Notes: generated from the letters alone by a model not told the origin. DNA of 64,000 bases from Marispirochaeta sp. (GCA_963676835.2 CAXXFF010000003.1:736001-800000); one strand, 5' to 3'; shown: positions 29,499-38,922, numbered from the stretch's first letter. Program-made: numbers and translations.

Positions 29499-30107
29499 TT
29501 AAAAATACCTGATAGCTCTAATCCTATATATACTGCTCTTGGGGGACCAGCCCTCATATCCACTACCGAGGTAAGGATCTATACCAAAAAACTTCATCAT
29601 TACACTGTTAGATGAACCTTGGATCTCTGAAGAACTCCAATATTTAGCATTAGCGAAACCGCCGACTCCGCTATTGTTCTGCACAAGATTGTCCCAGACT
29701 AGCCGTAGCTCCTCTATGGACGGTAGATACCAATCATCTTTCCCACCACCGTCATAATTAAGACAAATCTGGGCAGCACTTGCAGTATGACCACTCTGAT
29801 GAGTTATAGCATATGAATTAGAAATGCCGAAGTACAACCAATCGACTGTTCCAACTTCACCCGTAATATTACTCCAGGGTGCTCCAACATGTTGATCTTC
29901 TGGCGCCACTTCCAGCCCTTGTAACCCGCCATCGGTTATGTAGAAAACAATCCCAACACCGCTAGGGCCGGTATCGCCTATGGCATAAATTGTCGGGCCG
30001 CTGGTGCTACCATCACTGCTGCCAGTACCGCCGGCTTCGCAGGCGGTAAAAGCAAACAGCATGAGAACTACCATTGTAAATGCCGCAGATTTTATCTTAA
30101 ACTTCAT
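29499..30107 (-). CDS. DUF1566-like lipoprotein
   Basis: Lipobox FTAC; DWYLPSIEEL, YWSSSE, IRAIRYF. Confidence 0.8.
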   Translation of the reverse strand: MKFKIKSAAFTMVVLMLFAFTACEAGGTGSSDGSTSGPTIYAIGDTGPSGVGIVFYITDGGLQGLEVAPEDQHVGAPWSNITGEVGTVDWLYFGISNSYAITHQSGHTASAAQICLNYDGGGKDDWYLPSIEELRLVWDNLVQNNSGVGGFANAKYWSSSEIQGSSNSVMMKFFGIDPYLGSGYEGWSPKSSIYRIRAIRYF

Positions 30108-30195
30108 ACTATCCTCCGAAGGAATCGTTTTTAGTATTGATTTTCTTCTCTATTAGTAAATCTTGGGGAAATACTACCGCAAATATGCAGGCAGG

Positions 30196-30221
30196 TCGTA
30201 CGGATTTATAAATCCGTACGA
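30196..30221. promoter_or_regulatory. Palindromic operator 4 (perfect 26 bp)
   Basis: Identical to operator 3; -10 TAGTAT at 30171-30176. Confidence 0.88.
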
Positions 30222-30236
30222 ATTTTTAGAGGTTTT

Positions 30237-31289
30237 CTACAAAGAAAGCTGCTTTTTATACTCAGACGGCGTAAGGCCGGTAAACTTTCTGAAGGCAGTA
30301 TTAAAGGTCGACTTGGAATTAAAGCCGCACTCAAAGGCAACCTCAAGAATATTAACCCCGGCCATTGTCTGCAACAGGATTTTAGCCTCTTCCACCCGGT
30401 GTGCATTTATAAAACTGTTAAACCCGGCCTTATAATGGCTGTTTAAAAGCTCAGAAAGCTGGGAAGGAGATATATCCAACATCCGGCTTACCCCTTCCAG
30501 GGAAACTGATCGATCCAGATGGATTTTCTCTTTCTCCATTAACAGATCAAGCTCTTCAATAAGCCTCTGCTTGTTAAGCCCCTCAATCTGAGACCTACGG
30601 TACCGCCTTTCCCGGGACTCTTTCTGAGCAATACTGAAGTAATGGGGATAGCGGATAAGAAAGAAAATAAACAGCAGGGAAATGCAGATAAAAGCGACAT
30701 CCCCGATAAACTGAAGCTCCCGCAACAGGGTATTGGAAAGAATAAGCAGAACGCAGGAGAAAAGGCCGAAGATGGTTATAAAAATGAGAAACCTGAGGGC
30801 CCGGGACGGCTCTTTTGTGCAAAAAGCGTACAGCAGCCGGTACACACCAATAAGGTAGAAAAAGAACACCAGATACGATGTGGAAACAATATGCTGAAAA
30901 ACCTGAAGTGCCCCCTTAACGGCAGGATCGGGAAATATGAAATTGAGAGCCTCTATAACAATCAGGGAAAGAACAAAAGGCAGTGAATGGAGCAGCACTT
31001 TCTTCCAGCTTATACCGGTCTCTGTGGTGGTATAGAGAAAAAACAGATACAGAAACGGCCCCAAAAGAAAAAGAAAGGCGCTGTCGGAATAGAGAAAATA
31101 GCGGTAAAAAATGTGACTATCCCCGGCATAAAGCCATAAAGAGAGGCCCTGAATACCTATGGAAAAGAAGATAACCGCAAGAAAATAGTTCGACAGAGGC
31201 TTATCTTTATGCACCAGCTGGGCGAGGGAGAAAAAGAAAAATACTATTGATGCGACAATGGAAACATTGATGGCGAAGTCAACTGACAT
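30237..31289 (-). CDS. Membrane-anchored AraC-family regulator (paralog of 27213-28265)
   Basis: Same length (350 aa) and architecture; VAFECGFNSKSTFNTAFRKFTG. Confidence 0.92.
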   Translation of the reverse strand: MSVDFAINVSIVASIVFFFFSLAQLVHKDKPLSNYFLAVIFFSIGIQGLSLWLYAGDSHIFYRYFLYSDSAFLFLLGPFLYLFFLYTTTETGISWKKVLLHSLPFVLSLIVIEALNFIFPDPAVKGALQVFQHIVSTSYLVFFFYLIGVYRLLYAFCTKEPSRALRFLIFITIFGLFSCVLLILSNTLLRELQFIGDVAFICISLLFIFFLIRYPHYFSIAQKESRERRYRRSQIEGLNKQRLIEELDLLMEKEKIHLDRSVSLEGVSRMLDISPSQLSELLNSHYKAGFNSFINAHRVEEAKILLQTMAGVNILEVAFECGFNSKSTFNTAFRKFTGLTPSEYKKQLSL

Positions 31290-31500
31290 TTAGTAGTACA
31301 AACCCCCGAAGTTCTACAGAGCAAGCCTGACAACTACAGATTATTGCATGTCGCCCCTGAAAAAACAACGAAAGAAAGTCTCGATCCCACCGGGAAAAAT
31401 GTAAGAAAAACAGGATTGAAAACAACTACAGAAGGCGGTGAGCAAAGAAGCGGGGCGGAACAGAAGCAGGCGTAAACAGCATCGGGATTCTGATTGGAGC

Positions 31501-31542
31501 AAAAAAAAGGGCTCATCCTGCTGCAGGAATGAACCCTTTTTT
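31501..31542. terminator. Intrinsic terminator after ettA (bidirectional-type)
   Basis: A8-GGGCTCAT.CCTGC..GCAGG.ATGAACCC-T6. Confidence 0.8.
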
Positions 31543-31555
31543 GAGTAAAAACAGA

Positions 31556-33238
31556 TCAGTCTCTGGTAAGACTGCGGTATTTAATGCGGTGAGGAATAAG
31601 GGCCGCCTCGCCGAGACGGTTCTTTCTGTCTTCTTCGTATTCGCTGTAGTTGCCGTTAAAAAAGGAGACCTTACTCTCCCCTTCAAAGGCAAGAATATGG
31701 GTGGCAATACGGTCGAGGAACCAGCGGTCGTGGCTGATAACCAGCACACAGCCGGTAAAAAGCTCAATGGCATCTTCCAGGGCCCGCATGGTGTTTACAT
31801 CCAGGTCGTTGGTCGGTTCGTCCAGCAGCAGCACGTTGGCTTCGGTCTGCAGCATAAGAGCAAGCTGAACCCGGTTCCGTTCACCACCGGAAAGAACCCC
31901 CACCTTTTTCTGCTGATCCGCACCGGAGAAGTTGAACTGGGCAACATAGGCCCGGCTGTTAACCTCGCGGTTGCCGAGCTTCATGTTTTCCCGGCCGCCG
32001 GTAATCATTTCGAAAATGGTCTTATCCGCCTCAAGCACTTCCCGGGCCTGATCAACATGGGCAATCTTTACGGTTTCTCCGGTTTTTACCGTACCTTCAT
32101 CGGGTGCTTCCTGACCGGTAAGCATGCGGAACAGGGTGGTTTTACCCGCACCGTTGGGGCCGATAATACCGATGATTGCTCCGGGAGGAATGGAAAAACT
32201 CATATCATCCACAAGAATGCGGTCGTCGTAGGCCTTCTTTACCCCTTCAAGGTTGAAGACAATATCGCCCAGCCGCGGTCCCGGAGGAATATAGAGCTGA
32301 AGCTCCTTCTGCTGCTCCTTGGTTTCCTGACTCAAAAGCTGTTCGTAATGATTTACACGGGCTTTACCCTTGGCGGCACGGCCCTTGGGGCTCATTTTAA
32401 TCCACTCAAGCTCCCGCTGAAGGGTCTTCTGCCGGGCGCTCTCCTGCTTGTTCTCGTTGGCCATGCGGTTCTGCTTCTGCTCAAGCCAGGATGAGTAGTT
32501 ACCCTTCCAGGGAATACCTTCGCCACGGTCGAGCTCCAGAATCCAGCCGGCAACGTTGTCCAGAAAATAACGGTCGTGGGTTACGGCAATTACCGTACCG
32601 GGATAATCGTGCAGGTGGTGCTCAAGCCAGGCGACGGTTTCCGCATCCAGATGGTTGGTGGGCTCATCCAGGAGCAGAATATCCGGGCGCCTCAAAAGAA
32701 GGCGGCACAGGGCAACCCGGCGCTTTTCTCCACCGGAGAGGGGCTCAATCTTCTGATCCGCCGGGGGACAGCGGAGGGCGTCCATGGCCATATCAAGCCG
32801 GGAATCCAGGTCCCAGGCGTTGCTGTTATCAAGCTTCTCCTGCACCTCGCCCTGCCGCTCGAGGAGGTCGCTCATCTCATCGTCGCTCATCTCTTCGGCG
32901 AACTTTGCGTTTATTTCATCGAACTCTTTCAGAAGGTCGACAGTCTCTTGTACCCCCTCTTCCACCACTTCCCGGACAGTTTTTTCCGGATCAAGCTGGG
33001 GCTCCTGCTCAAGGTAGCCCAGGGTATAGCCCTCGGAAATGACGGTTTCGCCGTTGAAGTCCTTATCCACACCGGCAAGAATCTTCAGCAGGGTACTCTT
33101 ACCCGAACCGTTAAGACCGAGAACGCCGATCTTGGCGCCGTAGAAGTAGGAAAGGGAAATATCTTTTAAAATGGGTTTCTTGTTGAAGCTCTTGGAAACC
33201 CGGACCATTGAATAGATGATTTTATTATCTTCTGCCAT
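31556..33238 (-). CDS. ettA: Energy-dependent translational throttle ABC-F ATPase
   Basis: ILKDISLSYFYGAKIGVLGLNGSGKS, two ABC domains, RELEWIKMSPKGR, PHRIKYR. Confidence 0.96.
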   Translation of the reverse strand: MAEDNKIIYSMVRVSKSFNKKPILKDISLSYFYGAKIGVLGLNGSGKSTLLKILAGVDKDFNGETVISEGYTLGYLEQEPQLDPEKTVREVVEEGVQETVDLLKEFDEINAKFAEEMSDDEMSDLLERQGEVQEKLDNSNAWDLDSRLDMAMDALRCPPADQKIEPLSGGEKRRVALCRLLLRRPDILLLDEPTNHLDAETVAWLEHHLHDYPGTVIAVTHDRYFLDNVAGWILELDRGEGIPWKGNYSSWLEQKQNRMANENKQESARQKTLQRELEWIKMSPKGRAAKGKARVNHYEQLLSQETKEQQKELQLYIPPGPRLGDIVFNLEGVKKAYDDRILVDDMSFSIPPGAIIGIIGPNGAGKTTLFRMLTGQEAPDEGTVKTGETVKIAHVDQAREVLEADKTIFEMITGGRENMKLGNREVNSRAYVAQFNFSGADQQKKVGVLSGGERNRVQLALMLQTEANVLLLDEPTNDLDVNTMRALEDAIELFTGCVLVISHDRWFLDRIATHILAFEGESKVSFFNGNYSEYEEDRKNRLGEAALIPHRIKYRSLTRD

Positions 33239-33444
33239 GCCCGTAGTTTAGCCTATTGTCGGACCATAATCAATTGGAGTACCCCAGCCGGTAAAATCCG
33301 GAAAATGCACATTAATCTACCTGACATACCGCCTACCCTTACGACTCGATCTTATTACCTTCTCTTTAAGCTCCGGGGGAAGTACATTTTACTAGGAGAT
33401 AAAAAGATTACAAGCATGATCAATAGAGACAAGAGGAGGCAGAT

Positions 33445-34215
33445 ATGGATTTGGGACTGAAAGGAAAGACAGCACTTGTTACCGGCGCCAGTGCAGGACT
33501 GGGGTTTGCCTCTGCAATGGCCCTGGCCGAAGAAGGAGCAAAGGTTTTTATCGCCTCCCGGGACCGTAAGCGTATCGACAGCGCCGCCCTTGCGATTGAA
33601 CAGAAAACAGGGGGAACCGTTATTCCCTGTACAGCAGACCTGAATGTAGACGAAGACATAGCGGAACTGATTCTTAAGGTTGAAGAAGTGGATATTCTTG
33701 TCAGCAACACCGGAGGCCCCCCGGCGGGCGAGCTTGATCACTTCGATACCCCCGTATGGAAGGAGCAGTACGAGGCAATCTTTGAAAGCGCCCTGAAGCT
33801 TTCAACCGCCTTTTCCTTAGGCATGCGCCACCGGGGATGGGGACGGATTATTTATATAACCTCCATAACCTCCTTAAGGCCCCGGCCGCGGATGGCCCTG
33901 AGCAATGCCCTCCGGGCAGGTATTTCCGGTCTGGCAAGTACCCAGGCCCTTGAATGGGGCCACGGGGGTGTTACGGTAAACTGCGTAGCCCCGGGACTGA
34001 TAGAAACCAACCGGCTGAGGGATTTATACGAAAAGGAAGCCTCAGAAAAAGGTTTAAGCCTAAGTGAAATCCTCTCGGAAAAAAGTGCTACCATACCGGT
34101 GGGAAGAATAGGACAACCCGCCGACCTGGGCAGCACTGTTGCATTTCTCTCCTCCGAGCAGGCGGGCTACCTGAACGGGCTGGTGCTGCCGGTGGATGGG
34201 GGGATGCATATTTAA
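33445..34215 (+). CDS. SDR-family oxidoreductase
   Basis: MDLGLKGKTALVTGASAGLG, SNTGGPP, VDGG. Confidence 0.92.
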   Translation: MDLGLKGKTALVTGASAGLGFASAMALAEEGAKVFIASRDRKRIDSAALAIEQKTGGTVIPCTADLNVDEDIAELILKVEEVDILVSNTGGPPAGELDHFDTPVWKEQYEAIFESALKLSTAFSLGMRHRGWGRIIYITSITSLRPRPRMALSNALRAGISGLASTQALEWGHGGVTVNCVAPGLIETNRLRDLYEKEASEKGLSLSEILSEKSATIPVGRIGQPADLGSTVAFLSSEQAGYLNGLVLPVDGGMHI

Positions 34216-34292
34216 AGTAGCAGTAAACCAGATTCCGTGATATATTCTCCGGGAAGTTAAATTTTAAAATACTATTGAAGGATTGTCTTAAA

Positions 34293-35426
34293 ATGACCAA
34301 TTACTCTTCCCCTTATTACCATTTACTGGGTTACATACTGCTGATCATTTGTTTATCTGCCCTGCCCCTTAATGCTGACGAAGTAACTTTCTCAGGGATC
34401 GGACAATGCGCAGAAGAAGTATCGTCCCAAATTGCCGGATACTATCCGAATGCAATCCGCATAGGAATATTGCCGGTAAGCAACCTGACAGAAAAGGCAG
34501 AAAACAGTGCCCTCTGCACCGGAATAACCTCGTTACTCCATGAAAAGATCTCCGGCCATCAGACAATTACAGTTGTGGAACAGGAAAAGCTGGATAAGCT
34601 TCTTGAAGCAGTTGAGCTTCAGCTGACCGGACTTTACGATATGGACACCGTGGTTCAGGTAGGTAATCTTGCCGGGGCTCAGGCACTGCTGTACCCTGAG
34701 CTGATAGCCGCAGGAAATGCATTGAGGTTGAGCTACCGCCTGGTGGATCTGGAAACATCAGAAATACTGTTATCGTCCGGAGCGGATCTTTCCACAGGAG
34801 AGACAAACTCAATACTGAAAATGCTACAGGGACCAGCCTACAGGCTGCGGGCAGGTGTTTCCTATCAGCATATTCCGGCCATTTCGTCCCATACCCTGGG
34901 AGGTAACCTTGGATTCAACTATACAATCAACAACCTGCATCGACTGAGCCTGAATACCAACATCGGCTATACAGCCTTTTTTGCTTCAGGATTTGACAGC
35001 CCTGTCAGCAGCTTCAGCAATGCAAGCTATACCTATGAAATATTCTTTTATCCGAAATATATAGATTTTGACAGCGGTATCAGCTATGGATTAAAGATCT
35101 CAGCAGGTAAGTTCTGGAGTATTGTCCCGGAAATAGGAGCTGGATATATTTGTCTCGGGTACGACTCTCTCCTCGACTACTATAACTACGACACCACCAG
35201 CAGTGCATACAACCACAATTTCCGCTGGTATACATCACCCTATGGAGAAATTGCCGTCAGTTTTGAAAGTCAGGGAGCAGGTCCGACTGGATTTTTTGTG
35301 CGACCGGCATTCAGGTATTATCTGAATGAGTTTGAGAACAGCATTTCCTATGATGCCATGAGTGATACTATCAACGAACAACTCTGGGGATTTCAGATCT
35401 CCACAGGGATGACGTTTTACTTTTAG
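34293..35426 (+). CDS. Secreted protein: CsgG/FlgO-like N-domain plus probable outer-membrane beta-barrel
   Basis: Signal peptide; LQLTGLYD....QVGNLAGA..L and RLVDLETSEI; aromatic beta-strand C-half ending GMTFYF; start could be 34275. Confidence 0.6.
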   Translation: MTNYSSPYYHLLGYILLIICLSALPLNADEVTFSGIGQCAEEVSSQIAGYYPNAIRIGILPVSNLTEKAENSALCTGITSLLHEKISGHQTITVVEQEKLDKLLEAVELQLTGLYDMDTVVQVGNLAGAQALLYPELIAAGNALRLSYRLVDLETSEILLSSGADLSTGETNSILKMLQGPAYRLRAGVSYQHIPAISSHTLGGNLGFNYTINNLHRLSLNTNIGYTAFFASGFDSPVSSFSNASYTYEIFFYPKYIDFDSGISYGLKISAGKFWSIVPEIGAGYICLGYDSLLDYYNYDTTSSAYNHNFRWYTSPYGEIAVSFESQGAGPTGFFVRPAFRYYLNEFENSISYDAMSDTINEQLWGFQISTGMTFYF

Positions 35427-35544
35427 TATCCCCGAAGCCGGAGGTCAACGGGTGAGTTTAATAAGTCTCTGGCGAAAGGGTCCCAATAAATTATGACCAG
35501 GTGAAGGATCTACATGCATTTGAAACCCCAGGAATGATACAGCT

Positions 35545-36714
35545 CTACACCTGGGATTCTTCCAGAATTTCTCGCACTTCCGTTGAAGGAAGCACATGTA
35601 CTCCGTTTACGGTAAACTTTTCATTTCCGGCATACACAACATACAATCTGGTTGGAGCATCAAAGAGTGCCGCTGCAGTTTTCAGGTTATTTCCAAAACT
35701 GCTGTTCCATGTTTTAGAGGATTTTATTTCAACAAGCTTGAGAAGGCCTTTATCTTCTATCAGCAAATCGACCTCCATACCTTTCGAATCCCGGAGAAAA
35801 TATACCTTTGGTTCTTTACCCTGATGATAAAACTCTTTGAGAATATCGAGAATAACATAATTCTCAAAAATATTTCCCCGCAACGGATTTTGTACAAGCT
35901 GCCCACGGGTTTCTATGCCAAGCAGACTGCACAACAATCCGCTGTCTGTAAGGTAAGTCTTTGGCGATTTAACCAGACGTTTTTTCAGATTCCCATAGTA
36001 TGGGGGAAGTGTATATACCAGAAAAGAGGCTTCAAGAATGGAAATCCACTCTTTTATTGTGTGATGTGATACTCCGGAATCTGATGCTATGGAGTTATAA
36101 TTAACAAGCTGTCCGGTTCTTCCTGCTATCAGGCGGATAAAGGTGCGAAACTGGCGGGTATTTCGCAGTTCAATCAGCTGACTGATATCCCGCTCAAGAT
36201 AGGTCTGATAGTAATTGGGATAAAAAATTTCCGGCGGAACATCTTCAGTGTGAACAACCGGAAAAAAACCGGAGAAACAGAGCTCAAATGGATCCTTTTC
36301 TACGGTTCCCCCGGGGACTTCTGACTGTGAAAAAGGATATAGTTTGACCAGACCTGTTCTACCCGCAAGCGACTGTACAATAGACTGCTTCAAAAGCGGC
36401 TGATGCGAACCGGTAACAATAAAATCAGCCTTTTGTTTTCTTTCGTCCACAATTCCCTGAATATACGACAAAAGAGACGGTACTCTTTGAACTTCATCAA
36501 TAATAACCCTGGTACTGTAACGATCAAAAAAACCGTGAGGGTCAGTCTCCGCAAGCTCCCGCGTATCGGGATTTTCTAAAGTACAATACTGATAATCAGA
36601 AAAGCAGAACCGTGCCAGAGTAGTTTTTCCAGATTGACGCGGCCCGGTAATTGTAATAACCGGAAAGTAATTAGCGAGTTCAGAAATGTATCGGGCGGCT
36701 TTTCGTTTTACCAT
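35545..36714 (-). CDS. AAA_14 ATPase with DUF4143 C-terminal domain
   Basis: TGPRQSGKTT, IIDEVQ, VTGS, SLAGR, KSPK.YLTDSGL, EVDLL..EIK. Confidence 0.9.
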   Translation of the reverse strand: MVKRKAARYISELANYFPVITITGPRQSGKTTLARFCFSDYQYCTLENPDTRELAETDPHGFFDRYSTRVIIDEVQRVPSLLSYIQGIVDERKQKADFIVTGSHQPLLKQSIVQSLAGRTGLVKLYPFSQSEVPGGTVEKDPFELCFSGFFPVVHTEDVPPEIFYPNYYQTYLERDISQLIELRNTRQFRTFIRLIAGRTGQLVNYNSIASDSGVSHHTIKEWISILEASFLVYTLPPYYGNLKKRLVKSPKTYLTDSGLLCSLLGIETRGQLVQNPLRGNIFENYVILDILKEFYHQGKEPKVYFLRDSKGMEVDLLIEDKGLLKLVEIKSSKTWNSSFGNNLKTAAALFDAPTRLYVVYAGNEKFTVNGVHVLPSTEVREILEESQV

Positions 36715-36730
36715 ACCCTATACTACCACA

Positions 36731-36763
36731 GAACAAATTAGAAGTACAACTTCCAATCTGTTC
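36731..36763. promoter_or_regulatory. Inverted repeat over the promoter of the AAA ATPase
   Basis: GAACAAATTAGAAGT-ACA-ACTTCCAATCTGTTC (13/15 match). Confidence 0.55.
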
Positions 36764-36845
36764 CATTGAAATAGTACCAAGTACCAACCTGTACAAATAG
36801 TTCCCGTGAAAGTGTATACTAAACCTCAAAAGGAATAGAACATTT

Positions 36846-37571
36846 ATGAAACAGTCAGCAACAGTTCAATTAATCAAAGATTCTCTCGACAAACTCGCCG
36901 ATCCCGTAGAAGCCCCCAACAAGGCCCGCTTCTTTAAAACGGGAAAAGGTGAATACGGTGAAGGCGACAGCTTCATCGGCGTATCCGTTCCGGACCAGCG
37001 AAAAACAGCAAAGCAGTCTTACAGGCAGGCGGAGCTTCAGGATGTAGAAGAGCTGCTGGCTTCCCCTGTTCATGAACACCGGCTTACGGGGCTTTTGATT
37101 TTTGTTGAGAAATATAAGCGCCTTAAAACAGTGGAAGAGAAAAAAGCTTATGCCGACTTCTATCTGGCTCATACACGGGCGGTAAACAACTGGGACCTGG
37201 TAGATTCCTCGGCTCATTATACCCTGGGGGATTATCTTTGCGTAATCGGGGATTATTCGGTTCTACGGAAACTTGCCAATTCAAAAAACCTCTGGGAGCA
37301 GCGGATAGCCATGCTTTCCACCTTCGCATTTATAAAAGCGGGAGATTTTAAGCCTGCCTTCGAGATTGCGGATATGCTTATTTTTCATCCCCACGACCTT
37401 ATTCACAAGGCGGTAGGCTGGCTGATCAGAGAGGCTGGCAACCGGGACATGGTTGCAGAAGAGGAGTTTCTTAAAACCCGCTATAAAACCATGCCCCGGA
37501 CCATGCTGCGTTATGCCATAGAGAAATTTCCCGAGGGGCGCAGGCAGATGTATTTGAAGGGAGAAGCATAA
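36846..37571 (+). CDS. alkD: DNA alkylation repair protein (AlkD-like)
   Basis: FFKTGKGEYGEGD.F.GV.VP, NNWDLVD, HDLIHKAVGW.IRE, MPRTMLRYAIE. Confidence 0.9.
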   Translation: MKQSATVQLIKDSLDKLADPVEAPNKARFFKTGKGEYGEGDSFIGVSVPDQRKTAKQSYRQAELQDVEELLASPVHEHRLTGLLIFVEKYKRLKTVEEKKAYADFYLAHTRAVNNWDLVDSSAHYTLGDYLCVIGDYSVLRKLANSKNLWEQRIAMLSTFAFIKAGDFKPAFEIADMLIFHPHDLIHKAVGWLIREAGNRDMVAEEEFLKTRYKTMPRTMLRYAIEKFPEGRRQMYLKGEA

Positions 37572-37616
37572 AAGTATGTAAATATGCAATTCCATTTCAT
37601 ATTTACATACTTTTAT
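37568..37616. repeat. Perfect 19-bp inverted repeat with 11-nt spacer (site A)
   Basis: ATAAAAGTATGTAAATATG-N11-CATATTTACATACTTTTAT, followed by TTGACA-N17-TAGTTT. Confidence 0.85.
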
Positions 37617-37649
37617 TGACAGATCAGATCACATAGTGTAGTTTAAAAG

Positions 37650-38816
37650 GTGTACATCATATCAAGAACTGCAGAGTCGGAAATTCTGGAAAGACTTGAG
37701 ACAAGCCCGGTAACTGCCATAATCGGGCCTCGGCAATGCGGAAAATCTACCCTTGCAAAAAAAATACTGCAGAGCTTTCCTGACACAATATACCTTGATC
37801 TTGAACTTCCTTCGGATCTGCGAAAACTGACGGATGCGGAACAGTTCTTCTCCCTGAACAAAGATTCACTGATCTGTATAGACGAAATTCAACGTAAAAA
37901 GGATTTGTTCCCCTTACTCAGGGCTTTAATTGATAAAACCGGAAGATCAGGACAATTCCTTATACTGGGATCAGCAAGTCCTGAACTTCTCAGGCAAAGT
38001 TCCGAAACCCTGGCAGGACGAATAAGTTATTTCAGCTTAACACCTTTCAGAATCGATGAACTTGAGTATCAAAATATACCCAGCCATTGGCTCCGGGGAG
38101 GATTCCCCTTAAGTTATCTGGCCAGGGACGAGAAACAGAGCAGCCGATGGCGGATCGATTTTATTTCCACCTTTCTTGAGAAGGATGTACCGTCTCTGGG
38201 CTTTTCCCTTAATACCCAGACAATCAGCCGTTTATGGACAATGCTGGCCCATTCCACTGGACAGGTCAAAAACAGGGCGAAACTTGGTGAATCCCTGGGA
38301 ATAAGCGGCGCAACGGTTAAATCCTACTATGAAATACTGGAAAAAACCTTCATGGTAAGAATCCTCCAGCCATATCATTCATCTGTTAAAAAGCGCCTTA
38401 TCAAATCCCCAAAAATCTATATACGTGATACCGGCATTCTCCACAGTCTCCTCGATATCGATTCACACAACACTCTGATGGGGCATCCGATATTCGGGCA
38501 GTCATGGGAAAGTTATGCTCTTGAGCAGATAGTCTCTGCACTCCCGGAATGGACACCCTGGTTCTTTCGAACTTCCAACGGGTCCGAAATCGACTTGCTG
38601 CTTACCAGGGGAGTGGAAAAAGTTGCGGTGGAATTTAAGGCATCTGTGGCGCCTAAACTTGGTGCAGGATTTTTCAACTGCATGGAACTTCTCAATATTC
38701 AAAAGAGCTACGTAGTCTGCCCATTTCCCGAAAGCGAACTGTACCCATACCGCGGAAACGTAATGGTTGCTTCCCTGGACAAAATTCTTGAGGAAATTAA
38801 AAATATCAGCCTATAG
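37650..38816 (+). CDS. AAA_14 ATPase with DUF4143 domain
   Basis: GPRQCGKST, IDEIQ, LGSASP, ETLAGR, RGGFP, KSPKIYIRDTG, EIDLL..EFK. Confidence 0.9.
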   Translation: MYIISRTAESEILERLETSPVTAIIGPRQCGKSTLAKKILQSFPDTIYLDLELPSDLRKLTDAEQFFSLNKDSLICIDEIQRKKDLFPLLRALIDKTGRSGQFLILGSASPELLRQSSETLAGRISYFSLTPFRIDELEYQNIPSHWLRGGFPLSYLARDEKQSSRWRIDFISTFLEKDVPSLGFSLNTQTISRLWTMLAHSTGQVKNRAKLGESLGISGATVKSYYEILEKTFMVRILQPYHSSVKKRLIKSPKIYIRDTGILHSLLDIDSHNTLMGHPIFGQSWESYALEQIVSALPEWTPWFFRTSNGSEIDLLLTRGVEKVAVEFKASVAPKLGAGFFNCMELLNIQKSYVVCPFPESELYPYRGNVMVASLDKILEEIKNISL

Positions 38817-38853
38817 CTGTTGAAATTGCTGATTTGCTCATTTGCACATTTGT

Positions 38854-38922
38854 CACCCCCACGATCTTATTCACTAAGCGGTGGGCTGGATGATCCGGGA
38901 AGCGGGAAACCGGGACGTGGTT
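38854..38922 (+). pseudogene. Diverged alkD fragment
   Basis: Translates HPHDLIH*AVGWMIREAGNRDVV vs alkD HPHDLIHKAVGWLIREAGNRDMV (37386-37454); 57/69 nt identical. Confidence 0.85.

Noticed and set aside
25281..30107. Diversity-generating retroelement targets (DUF1566 is a known DGR target fold)
   Set aside because: No reverse transcriptase, avd or template repeat in the window, and the 3' ends differ at all bases including synonymous sites rather than only at adenines. Remote targeting cannot be excluded without a genome search.
35465..35545. Possible cutA remnant (QVKDLHAFETPGMIQL)
   Set aside because: Similarity too short to support by eye
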